This document shows, piece after piece, positions 29,332 to 41,535 of a stretch of DNA of 64,000 nucleotides; positions within the stretch are counted from its first letter, which is position 1, and each line of letters starts with the position of its first letter. A model generated the notes under the pieces. It ran no database searches, was not told the DNA's origin, and saw nothing but the letters and a program-made list of their open reading frames with translations. Origin of the DNA: the human T2T-CHM13v2.0 reference genome, Homo sapiens; assembly GCF_009914755.1 (NCBI RefSeq), contig NC_060937.1; one strand, 5' to 3'. The translations under genes and the position numbers were made by a program.

Positions 29332-32300
29332 ATGAGATTTGCTGTGGCCAGTGGGATGTTCACAGATGAGATGCCAGCAGAGCCTTGAAAGACTCTAGAC
29401 CCGTCAGGCCACCCAGGTACTCACTTGGGAATGCACGCTGATGGAGGTGCTTTCGTGGCCACTGTGGCAGGCAAAGGGAGTGTGGTGTCCCCTGTGCTGG
29501 TCCTTTGCAGGAAGTGACACATGCCGCTTCCACTCATGATTCCTGCCCGACTTGCGTGAACAGACTGTCTGCACAAGGTGGGGTGTTCCAACCAACTTCT
29601 ACAGATCTTGTAATTGATGATTTGACATGCACTAATCACAGGGCCAAACTAATGGCCAAAGGTGTCTACATCACCCTTCAGTCCCACTTTTGAGGTAGCA
29701 TAAAAGTCATATCACAAACCCTCCAGCCACAAACAAATCTGTGACTTGTTTCCTGCCGAATAAGGGCTGTCCCTACTTTGTGACTTCTCCCCTCTGGGTT
29801 CATGGAGGCTTCGATCCATGCTTCCTGTACTCCTGCCTCCTGCCCAATCCTGGCGCTGCCTGGGCAGCCCTGTGTGGCATGCCAATGCTCCTTTTTCTTA
29901 GGAACTGTAAGAAACAAGCTCTTATTTCAAAGGCAGTTGTTCCTGTCTGTGTCTATCACTTTACCATACCTGAATTAAACAAATCCTGAACTCAAATCAT
30001 AAAACATGGGGAATGCAAGCATATTATATGAGCAGAAGGAGTGGAATATCTGTGGACAGTCCTGATGGCTCAGACCCTTAGTTCCCACAGTGTTCTGAGA
30101 ATGCCCGCTGATCTCTGCTGACACTGACTTCCGTGCATGGTATTTGCCTGCCGTCCCTGGCACGATAGGAGGTTATGGTTGTTGAGTGTAGTCATTCCTT
30201 AACCACTTTGCTATCCTGCCTTATTATTGTCAATAAATACTATAACATATGCTAAATTTTAGCATTCTGTGAAATGAGAGAGGGTGTATGATATTGTTTC
30301 TAAGGCAGAAACCGAGACAGCAAGATCTTACTGCACCATTCTGTGGCTTCCCAGCACCAAGTCATTCTGATGACCCAGGTCTCACACTGGCACCTTCAGA
30401 AAACCATGGTGCCAGGAAGTTAAAATCTTATTTGAATCCAAATAAAAGACATATTCAGACTCCTAGTGACTCATGACCTGAAGTCTAAGGTTTATTCGGA
30501 ATTGGCGGAGATAGCACTGGTAAATATATATACTTTTTTAAAATGAAGGGTCCAAAAATACGACATTTCCCTAAGCATTAAGTCAGACTGAGAAATTTGT
30601 ACCAGTGATTTGGAGCCTGGAGGTAATGAGGCAAAAACTTAATGAGCTTATTCCGGGACCCCCACCTGAGTCAAGACCTCAAAGCTTTAAGGATACAAAT
30701 TTCCAGTGGCGGCTTGTTGACAATAACAGAAAAGGCGGAATCATGAGCAAGCCGGCTGTCTGCCCACCGAAGAGAGTGCTCGCAAATGCTTGGCAACACT
30801 CCCCACCTGTGTGACTCCCTCTTTCAGCCTGGAGGGCTTTCCACGTTTCCAGTGTGCATCCTCTTGACATTAAAGACATTATCCCAGGGCGCTTACCCTG
30901 AGCAAAGCTTCCTCTTCTCAGCTCCTACAGTTTGGCTGATGCTGCTCAAGAGTCCCCCACAGTCCTGGCATCTGGTTTACTTCTGGGAGGCATCTGCCCT
31001 GCTGAAAGACAGGAGGCGGCGGAAAGAACAGATAGAACAGGATCCCCGGGGCTCTGATTCTTAAGGGAAAGCAACATGACCTTGGCTGGTGGATCGGCTA
31101 ACAAGAGGCTTAAATAGAGGCCCTGTTGCTCCCTACAAGAAGTTTGGACACACTGTGATGAGGCATTTGAAAGAAAACCTTCCGAGTACAGTGGGAATCT
31201 GTATCATAAACAAAAGAAGCCTTTGGTATGCCCTGTGTGCCCCCTGCACAGTGCACTCAGTACATAACTACAGACTGTTCTGCAAAAAAATGAAACAACT
31301 GGAATTTTTAATATCATGTCTGAGATTTCCTGTGAGAACATGGTGTACACGTTCTACTAAGTTCAAGGTGCGATTTTCCCCTAATTGTTTTCAATAGTTC
31401 CTTCCACTGTTAGCATCTTTCAGAAAAATATCAGCACATTGCTTTCCCTAGAGGGAATAGAAGAGAATAAAATCCCATGATTTAATCTTTAAAAAGTTGA
31501 GAAACAAAAGTCAAAAACATCCAAATTTAATGCTGCCTTTTCTAGCTTATGCATGTTACGTTAATATCTAAATGATGTCCAGAAGTATTTACTTGTGTCA
31601 TATTTACAGAACTGGCTGACAGACTTTAAGAAACTTGTTTTGGCTTTTGTTATTAATGTTCTCAGGAACACTTGACATGAAAGTTCTGGTTTTCTATAAA
31701 ACAGAGTTTTGACATTTTTGGAGAAACTTAAAATAGGTCTACTAGGTTCTGGTGAATTCAGAATATTCAGAGGACATAAAGCATGACTGATGAGGAGCAT
31801 AGGATTTTGTGCCTCAGAGCACTTACCATTGATTAAAGGCCTTTAGGTTGGATTCTGACCTGGAGATAGTGTCCACTGACTTCACGGCAGTCTCTCTTCT
31901 GCAAATAGGGGTACTGCTTTTCCTCATCCTTATGGAAATGATATAGTGGGATGTGAAAACATGTGGTTTCCCCCTTGAAGTTCTAAACATTCCAAAAGTG
32001 TCATTTACTCACTAGATCCTTACTAGATCTTCCTTCTAATATGGATTTTTTAAAAAAAATTTAGATCACTCTTGCTTTCATGATTTGAGAAGGTGTTACT
32101 TAGAGAAATAAGGCAAAAGGAAAACTTTAAGATTGACATTTGTCTAGGGTGCCTCAAACATTTCTAGAACATTAGATAGATTATCACTCGATCTCTTGTT
32201 TTGAAAGCAAATTGGTTTCTAGAAGACCCACTTTGATGATGAGACCTGTGGAGGTTTTCATCACAGATGTTTATTTACATGGAGAAGAACCCCTGAACAT

Positions 32301-32436
32301 GGTGACCAGATGAAAGGCAGCTCAGGGCTGAGCTCTTGGGACTCAGCTCTGCCATCAGCCACCAGCCACATTTTCCTCTGAGTTTATGAAAATGATGCAC
32401 CCTTACACTCAATGCTACAGTTCTTGAGTCAGCATT

Positions 32437-32850
32437 GTGCAAGTTGATTATCCAAATTGGTCCATTCTTGTCATACCCAACTAAATCAGAGAAGAGGGGT
32501 CTGAGTAAAAGGCACTCAGGGTACATAACGTCACTCTAGAAATGCTGTTGTCTGCAAGTCCCGTGGCTGAAACTGCCTGTTGTAACCAGAGACCACTTTC
32601 ATCTGTAGCAGGTGAGATAACAACTGCAAATCAAGGACTAGTTTTGCCCACCACAGTCACCCACCAATCAGACCTTACCAGCCCCCAAAACTTTGCTAAT
32701 ATCAAAGAACTTTCTCACAGGACCACAAAGGAACAATCCTCTTTTTCCACCTTCAGACCACCCTGTCTGCCTCTATATTGTGAATTGCAATTCTTTCTTC
32801 CTAAATATTAAATTTAGAGATTCAGCTCTACATTTTTAATTTGCTTTAGA
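32437..32850 (+). mobile_element. ERV1-class solo LTR (subfamily uncertain)
   Basis: gtccattcttgtcatacccaactaaatcagag...gctgaaactgcctgttgtaacc...gaattgcaattctt, typical of MER4-group LTRs. Confidence 0.55.
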
Positions 32851-34678
32851 GAAGGTCAAGCAGACACTTGCCAAACCCTGTGGTTTCTTTGTCACTGTGT
32901 GGCTGGGTTCGTTCCTCTTCATTTTGTCCTCACTCACAGCTTCCTTTGTCTGAAGCTTCCTTCTCACTGACCCGCTTACCTCAGGTGGCTTCTCTTCTGT
33001 TGTATCTTAAGAGGTAGCTGCTGCAAGTCTTTCTTAATTCACTGGGGAATAATGGCAGCCTCTCCAGGCCTTCTGTGTCAAGACCTCAGTCCTGGTTGGC
33101 TGCAAAGCTCCTCACCCAGCCTTGCCAGATAGTCTTGTTTTGCTTTCTTCTTCTAGTCTTCAAATCCCACTCTGATTTTGAGATTCTTTTGTTAAAGCCC
33201 AGCAGCAAGGATGGTGGAGCGTGCATTGGGTGTTTGGGTGGCAGGACAGCTGGTTTCTAGTCTTGGGTTGGAAAATACCAAGTGATTTGGCTTTGGGGAA
33301 ATGACTCCCCTTTTTGGTGTGAGGGATTATTTCTAGTAAATTGTAATGAAGAGATTTCATATCAGTCAACAGAAGTGGTTCTGAGCATGATCACTAAGTG
33401 GGAGCGGGAGTCACAGGGCCTCAAGGCTTATCTCCTCCAGGGCAGTTTTATCTCTGCCCCAGGAAGGAAGTACGTGGTAATATATTTCCTGGTCTGGCTG
33501 CTGGTTGGAAGTTGTGAGGGTGATTGCCAAATGAATTCTCTATATGTAATCCAGATATCAACTGGCATTTCCTGCTCCTGTGATCTAGATAAGAGAGGCC
33601 TAGCAAGCAGGCCACTTGCCGTAGGTGCCGAGTTTATGGTCCACATCACTTTTTTATGTAGGCTGAACCTGGCCCACATGACGTCTGCCCAGATATAAAA
33701 TTCCACCTCTTCCTTGATTTCCACCTAAAATGTCACTCACCTGAGGCAAGGATCCATGGAGATTTGAAGGAGACATGTGAGAGTACGCTTCAGAAAGGCA
33801 CGTGCTCCTAGTAAATGTTAAATACTGAGATTCTTAAATGTTTCCTCATGCCCAAGTCTGTATGTTCTACATCCTTGAGAGGGAACCTAATAAAAGGAGT
33901 TATTTTTCTTGACAAATGGAGTTTATAAAAAGGACTTTGAGATCTTTCAAAATATGATCTAATATAAGAATCATTTATTTTTGGAAACACATTTGTTTAT
34001 TCATTCACAGTTACATTCATTCATTCTAGGCTTTTTTGGTTTGGCCTCTACAGAAGAAATTATAAAACTGGTTCAGTACTGCCCCCCATCAGATACACTA
34101 ATTCCCCAAATAACAGAAGCCAATGATTTCTGCATGTGAATTGTCCAGCTTTTAAAGTCAGCCATTTGGCCATCTGTGGCCATTTGGTGATGTGTTACTT
34201 GTGTATGGACTGCCAGTGTTACTAGTGTGGTCTCGATGGAAGGTAGCTCTTCAAGGAAGTAGTAAAAGCCAAACTGCACAAAGCAAATCCTGTAGCTGAC
34301 AACAATGTGCCCAGGCTTTTCCAGATTTGCTCTAGTTATTCCAATAAGCACTATTCAAACTTATAAACAGATGAAAGGAGAAAAGAAAGGAGCCTTTAAA
34401 GACAAAAAGAGGGCTTCTTTCTGCCAGTGAAACATTTCTCAGGTAAGATCACATCATCTGCAATATGGCTTGCAAATGTGTGTTTAAGATAATTTTTGGA
34501 ACAGCCTAGACCAACCAGTTAAAGTGACTAGGGGTTAAACTCCAGGAGGCACAACAGAATATATATGTCTATATATATATATACATATCTTCACACCAAT
34601 ACACACAAAAACCTTTTATCTCTTTATTTGTTATTTCACAAACCCTAATAACTCTAAGCTGCATAATATCTCTCTTAA

Positions 34679-35270
34679 TGATATAGGCGTTAAGAAGAAA
34701 CTGCTTAGGCAGATAGTGAGGGTATGGGAATCCTCATAGGTTTTGCTTTTTAATGAAAAGCAGCCCCAAAATCATTGTCTAACAAAGATCAGCCTGTAAG
34801 ATGGAGCTGCAGACATAGAAAAGCCAGCGGCAAGCTTGCATGGGTGAAGGGCAGCAGGAAAAAGCTACGGGGACTAGGCATGTTCAAAACGGAGGCTCCA
34901 TCTCCCCTTTCCTTTGCCAACCACGTGTACAGGAAGGAGCAGACAAGATGGCACCAGTCAAGTGGAAAGTCCATTTGCATAGTAAGATTCGGATGGGGTG
35001 GCCAGCCTTCTCCGCATGCCGTGTAAACCTATGTAAGCTCTAGGGAAATCAGACACCGCCTCCTCAAGCCTGCCTAAAAAATCCTGCACACTCCTTGCCG
35101 GCTGGTCTTCCCTTTGGGAAACTCTCTCTCTCTCTCTCACTAGAGGGAGACTATTCTCCTTTCTCTTTCTTTTGCCTATTAAACATCTGCTCCTAAACTC
35201 TTCCTGTGTGTTTGTGTTCTAAATCTTCCTGGCACAAGACCATGAACCCTGGGTATTTACACCAGATAAC
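34679..35270 (+). mobile_element. ERV1 LTR, LTR9-like, 3' end clipped
   Basis: tgatataggcgttaagaagaaa...ttaggcagatagtgaggg; aligns with copies at 52027 and 54635. Confidence 0.75.
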
Positions 35271-36216
35271 TTTCCATATGATTTGTTGAGCCTTATATGC
35301 TAGGCACTGAGTTAGGTACTGACTACAAAGAGTTGAATTTGTTGTAGTTTTCTAAAAACCTCATATAATTTCCTTTGAGCTTGACCCTTCCTGTTGAAGT
35401 CCAGCTGACATTTTGGTGAGTGTTTCTCTGTGGACTGATTCACCCCGTAGATAACTAGGCAGGAGGCCTGGACAGAGCTTGGGAAGGCTCTGCCTGCAGT
35501 GGGTGTGCAATGGGAGGAAGGTTTTCCCCATGAGCCTCTTCACTTAGGGTCCATTTGAACGGGACGTTTATCTCCCAGCCCATCTTCAGGGGGAATCTGC
35601 CATTGGTGAGTGGAAACAAAGGGCAGGAGTTGGGGTCTCACCACTGTATTGTCCATACCACCACCATCTCTGGAGCCAAATTCCCAATCTGCTTAAGGCT
35701 TCGTCTCATATTGCACGTCCCCCACACACTGATCTTCCAGGTCTGTGAAGCATTGAAACACTTTTCCATTTCAGGGCTGTTTGTGCTGTTTCCTCAGCTT
35801 CAATTTTTCCCCTTCCTGAAGTTTCAGGGAAGCCCTCTCCGTTTAGACCTGACCATCAGAGAGGCATTTCCTGCCCCTCTCCGTCAGTCCCATTTTTGTT
35901 TTTACATAGTGCGTTCATCAGTTTTTATTTATTATTTGTCTATTCAGCACTTTTTTTTTCTGTTTGTCCTGTTTTACTTTTCCATTAGAATATAAGCAAT
36001 GAGAGGACAGGGCTGGGTCAGGCTTGTTTGCTATTATATTTGCAATACTTATCTTGTAGGCAATTAATGAATGTAAATAAATTACCTTCAATGCTATGAA
36101 TTATAATAGTTGCATTTGCTTCTTCACACAAGTGTCCCACGATTACCATAAGCTTGTATGTGTGTTTAGGTTCTTTTTTTCATAGCATTTCCCATAAGAT
36201 GATTATCTGAGTCAAT

Positions 36217-36660
36217 GCATTGCTTAGGGTTCACCGGAGAAACATGTGTGTGTGTGCGCATGTGTGTACATGTCTGTGTAGGAGGGTGAGACAGACAGAG
36301 ATTTCATTGAAGGAATTAGTTCACATGATTATGGAGACTGCAGGACCAGAATCTGTAGGATAGACCAGCAGGCTGCAGACCCAGGAAAGGGCCCACGTTG
36401 CACTTCTGAAGGCCGCCGGCTGGCAGCATTCCCTCAGGATTGCGGGAGGTCAGTTTTTGTTCTATTCAGGCCTTCAACTGATTGGATGAGGCCCACCCAC
36501 ATTACAGAAAGCAATCAGCTTTACTCAAAGTCCCCTGACTGAAGTATTAATCATATTCCAACACACCCTCACAGAAATGGAATATATAACAATATGTGAC
36601 TAGAACAGTGTTTGACCACCTATCTGGGTGCGATGGCCTGGGCAAGTGGTCACATAAAGT
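36217..36660 (-). mobile_element. MLT2 LTR
   Basis: agggttcaccggagaaac(GT-rich)...tattcaggccttcaactgattggatgaggcccacccacatt. Confidence 0.7.
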
Positions 36661-36841
36661 GAGCCAGAATAGACAACCTGAAACTTTAATACCAACAAGC
36701 TTGTCCTGAGGCCAGGACACATCTTCATCCAGGTGGGGTGAGGGGCTTGCCATGTTCCCACAAGACCTGTGATTTTCAGCAATCCTTAAGTCTCTGAGGT
36801 TCAGATGCCTTGTATATATAACAGGCAGATTAGTCTAAATC

Positions 36842-37224
36842 CAGAGATTGCAAACTGTAGCCCCCAGGCCAGATCCAGCCCCTCCTGCTTATATGTGGCA
36901 ACACAGGCTGAGAATGGTTTTTATGGATGAACATTTGGGATTAATTTGGTTCTAGGGAACTAACTTTGAACTTCCAATAAGCAAAATGTTATCTCCTCCT
37001 CAAAGGATTCCATTTATCTCTTTTGTGGGCCTGTATTATCAAAACAAACAAAAACTAAATGATTATGTTATAGTTTGAATTTTGTCAAGAAAAATGTTGT
37101 GGAAATTTATTTTATCTCTTCTTTTATTAGTATTGACATAATATCTTTGATTTTTGTCTCTTGGCTCAGGAAGCCTAAAACATTTACAATCTGATCCTTT
37201 ATAGAAAAAGTTTGCCAACCCTTG
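36842..37224. mobile_element. hAT-Charlie MITE (MER58-like)
   Basis: Inverted termini cagagattgcaaact... and ...aagtttgccaacccttg. Confidence 0.65.
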
Positions 37225-39286
37225 GTCCAAATGCCTCATGTTTTCAAGTCATGACATTCTGTGTGCCTAGGTTCTCGTGGAATGTAACACGCTACAGGGA
37301 TCAGCCGTTTGGTGAGTCTGTGGTAAACCTTTTATTGAAAGAGCAGTGTCTTAGATGAAATGAGCTTTGAACGATTTGGGGAAGTAGAGCGATGGCGGGT
37401 GGGGAAAGACTTTCTGCTGCAGACAAAGGTTCCCTACATGTCTGCCCTGATCCTGCACCTTTGTGCCCTCTGAACAATGAAGACAAGCCAGGCAAACCCC
37501 AGTGATGCTTTAACCTGCAGCTCGGGACAGCCTCCACTCTGTCTCAGACTCGCCCGGCTGTGTTCCGGCTTCTGCCTGGGGTTCAGCCACGGGCTCACCT
37601 GTCCTTGCAGCAGAACCTCTGTCTTTGGAGTTGGTGCTGGTCTTTGAGTCATTTCTTTGGCTGTGACTCAGTCAAGCCTGATTGGATTCAGACCAGCATG
37701 AAGGGTCCTACTGCTCCTAATTCTCCCTCCCAGCTGGGCCTGCTTCAAATCCTCCAGCATTCAGCCCAGCAAACCATGATCTAGCCCAACACTCCCTCTG
37801 GGCATGTGCCTCTCCAAGATGCCGCAGGCAGAGGAAGCTGAAAGGCTGAGTGAGCCTCCCATTTGAACGTCTGCTTTTTCTAGGGCAAGCTGTTCTTTTC
37901 CATACCTTGTTTGTAAGACAGAGAAGGGGTCTGCCTGAATTGTACCGGGCACTGTGTTAGCGCTCCATGCAGATGGGCCAGGTTGCTTTCACTCTTCTGA
38001 GATTAATAGTTGCACTTCATAATCACAGAGCCATTTCACAGTTTGATACCAAGCACCCATACAGACAATATTTGGAGTCAGTGAAGAGAGTTTTTGCAAA
38101 TGTCTTAGAAGATAAATTAGCGACAGTGTGAGAGATCAGTTTGCACTGTGCTTCAGTTTTCCATTGCAGGCTCTTACTAACCTGATCCCATTACAGCTTT
38201 GAATTAGGAAATAAGCCTGAGGCACAAATAGCTGTGAAAGCTTTGTTTGGTTGAGGGTTTTGGAATTCGAATGCTTAACAAAAGTTTGCAAAATCCTGTG
38301 AAATTTCTTTCTTTTCTTTTCTTTTTTTTTTTTGCATTTCATTTACCTTGTCTTATTTGTTCTTTCTGTTCTCTCTAGTATTATTTTCAAATGCAATTAA
38401 GACCACCTAGTTCTGTCATTGGCTGGAATTCCCAGGAATCAGTGACCCTTTGATAGAGGTATGTGTGCCCTGCCCAGGGGACCCAGTGGGCAGCATGAGG
38501 CTCCCCTCTCCCCTTTCTCAACCAGCCTGGAGTATGTTGGAAATAAAACAGAGAGCTAAAGAATGTGGAGAAACTGCCGGCCTGAACCCAACTAGAGTGG
38601 AAAACATCCAAGGAAGGCCGGTGGCGCTGGGAAGTGAGCTGAGTCTCTTGGGTTCTAAAAAGCTGGAAGGATTGGAGCAGGAACCCAGCCCCACACTTTC
38701 CAGCTTGTTTTGTCGACAGGAATGTTTTGCTGGAGGAAAGGCCTGAGGAGAAGTTTGATTTTCTGTAACTCAAGTAGATTTGGAACATTGCTCTTCCTTT
38801 CCATTGCAAACAGTTTTTTCTTCCAATGCTGATATTCGTTGAGATGTTTAACTCCTGTGTATTTAAAAAAGAAGGGTATAAATACATTCAGATACTAAAA
38901 ACATTATTTGCAGTTAATTTAAATATATATTAGAGTAATAAAAATTCGGAAAGTGATTGTAACGCTTACTTCACGTGTGGATTTAACTATGTGAATTGAT
39001 CAGAAGCTGAGCTTAAATGGCAATCACTTCCTGAGCTTTGGTTGGGTATCTCTTACTCCCTAGAGCACGGTTGGTTCCTTGCTTTCAGTTCAGATTGATT
39101 TGTGCAAAAGTGAACTCCTTGGCTTCCCCGTCAAGTGAGCCCCCACACAACTACTTTATTTTTTCGGCGATACCATCGTTCTTTCAGTTACCTGGACTCA
39201 GAAACTGGAGCTGCTTGTCATTTCTTTCTGTGCTCTGTCTTCCACGTCTTTACATTTCCAAATCATGTGAATGTATCCCTAGTGCC

Positions 39287-39788
39287 CCACTGGTGTTTCC
39301 ATCTCCATGACCCCACCCTCCACCCTTATTCCACTGGTGTTTCCATCTCCATGACCCCACCCTCCACCCTTATTCCACTGGTGTTTCCATCTCCATGACC
39401 CCACCCTCCACCCTTATTCCACTGGTGTTTCCATCTCCACGACCCCACCCTCTACCTCTTACTCCACTGGTGTTTCCATCTCCATGACCCCACCCTCTAC
39501 CTCTTACTCCACTGGTGTTTCCATCTCCGTGACCCCACCATCCATCTCTTATTCCACTGGTGTTTCCATCTCCACGACCCCACCCTCCACCCTTATTCCA
39601 CTGGTGTTTCCATTTCCATGACCCCGACCCCACCCTCTACCTCTTACTCCACTGGTGTTTCCATCTCCATGACCCCACCCTCTACCTCTTATTCCCCTGC
39701 TGTTTCCATCTCCATAACCCCACCCTCCACCCTTATTCCACTGGTGTTTCCATCTCCGTGACCCCACCCTCCACCCTTATTCCTCACT
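39287..39788. repeat. 44-45-bp C-rich minisatellite (~11 units)
   Basis: Unit ccactggtgtttccatctccatgaccccaccctccacccttatt at 39287, 39331, 39375, 39419 and onward. Confidence 0.95.
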
Positions 39789-40172
39789 GATTCAGTAATC
39801 ATGACTTCACGCTGAAGTCATGACTTCCATGACTGCACGCTTTGGTGTTGCTTTTGGTGCTTCTCTCACATATTTTAAACATTGATCCACAGAGCTTTCT
39901 TACACATTACACATTATTTTCCTCATTTTATAGATGAATCAACTGAGACACCAAGGAACTGATGGACTTGTCCAATTCACACAGATAGTTAAGGATTGAG
40001 GCCAAGACCTCTAGCCTGGAGGTACCTAGCACCTGGAGAGCAGCCTGCCTGGCTTGCTGTTGCCAGTAGTTTCTCCTCTTCAATGGGTCATGCAGAACCT
40101 TGGCCTCGTTCACTGCTCATAGCCAGGAGCTATGGACAAAGGCATTCTATTACCTACAGGGATAAGTCCGTT

Positions 40173-40841
40173 TGTTCCCAGACCAAACTGAGAGTCGGGC
40201 TGCTTATTCTCATGGCCCAATAATGAGATGCAGATAAACTGGGAAAGAAGAGAGCTTATTTCTGTAACCGGGTACAGGGAGAAGGCCTGGAAAATACTGC
40301 CAGACTAACCAAAAATTACAAGGTTTACAGAGCTTATATACCTTTTAAGCTATATGTCTGTGTGTACTTGTGCATTCGTGTAAAGACATAAGTGATTAAC
40401 TTACTCTAATCTGTAACTAAGATCTGAGTTTTGAAGCCCTTCCTCTGCAGCCTCAGTAAATTGACTTAATCTAGACGGGTCTAGGTACCGGGGGTGATTA
40501 CATTTATCCTGTCTCCTGCTAAATCATGGAGGTTTGGGGAGTTCCTTTAGACCCCCAATAAAACATTTTTGTGGAGGTCTGGGGAGTTTCTTCAGCCCCC
40601 CAATAACAAGTTGTTTAATCCTAAACAGGTCCTGTTAAGAATTCCTTCATTATTTTGTCGCACTTCAAGACCTGGGAGAGGCCTGGGCAAAACTCCTGGT
40701 GGGCTTTGGTTACATTCCAGCCTTTGTATAAGGACACTGGCTCTCTCAGCTTTCAGTATGTAGCTCAACACTCAGTCAGTGCTGAGACAGTTGTTATGGA
40801 GGCCTGCCTGTTCAGCTGTTAGTGACACCTGGCCTGCCACA
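40173..40841 (-). mobile_element. ERV1 LTR, LTR15-like
   Basis: Minus strand starts tgtggcaggccaggtgtcactaac...ggcctccataacaactg; the left boundary is uncertain and no TSD was found. Confidence 0.6.
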
Positions 40842-41149
40842 AAAATCTCCTTGGTTGGCATGAAATAGCCTCTCCAATCTGTCTAATTGACTTATCTGGT
40901 CTTCTATCACTCTTTTCAGCTCCTCAGAAACTCTGCTCCCGGCAGATGAGACTAATTTTTGTCCTTCAGCTCCACCTGCACCAATCACCTCCAAATTTCT
41001 GCTCATACAGTACCCTCTGCGTAGATGCCTTTCTTCTTCATGCTCGAGTCCCTTATTTTCATGGAGCCTTTCCTGTCTGCTCACACAGATTGTGTGCTCC
41101 TGTGTGACAAGAGTGGTCGATTCCGATTGATTTGTCCAGAATTGAACTC

Positions 41150-41535
41150 CTTGTTTTCCTCATCGCGTGGCCCCCACTTGTTGGAAACCTGAAAAGACTA
41201 CATTTCCCAGACTCCCTTATGGGTGATGTTGGGAGCCTATGACCGTGTTCTGACCAGTGCTGTGTAGATGGAACGCTGGCCACTTCCAGAGTTGACCATA
41301 AGACACTACTCTCTTCTTTCCTCCTGTGGGAATCCAGGAACCCACATGTTCCAGGTGGCAGAGTTATAGTATGGAAGCAGCTCCTATCTCTGAGTTACCA
41401 CTCGGAGGAGACCAACCAAGTAGGGCCACTGAAGGGACAATGACTTCGAATGAGAAAGACGTAAGTTTTATTTTAAGCCACTGAGATTTTGGGTTGCTTG
41501 TTATAGTGGCCAGCAAACATTGCTCTGACTAATTT
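41150..41535 (+). mobile_element. Old MLT1 LTR fragment
   Basis: ctacatttcccagactccctt...ttaagccactgagattttggg...ctgactaat. Confidence 0.6.

Noticed and set aside
39370-39790. Gly/Trp-rich repetitive ORFs
   Set aside because: Translations of the 44-45-bp VNTR that shift frame between units.
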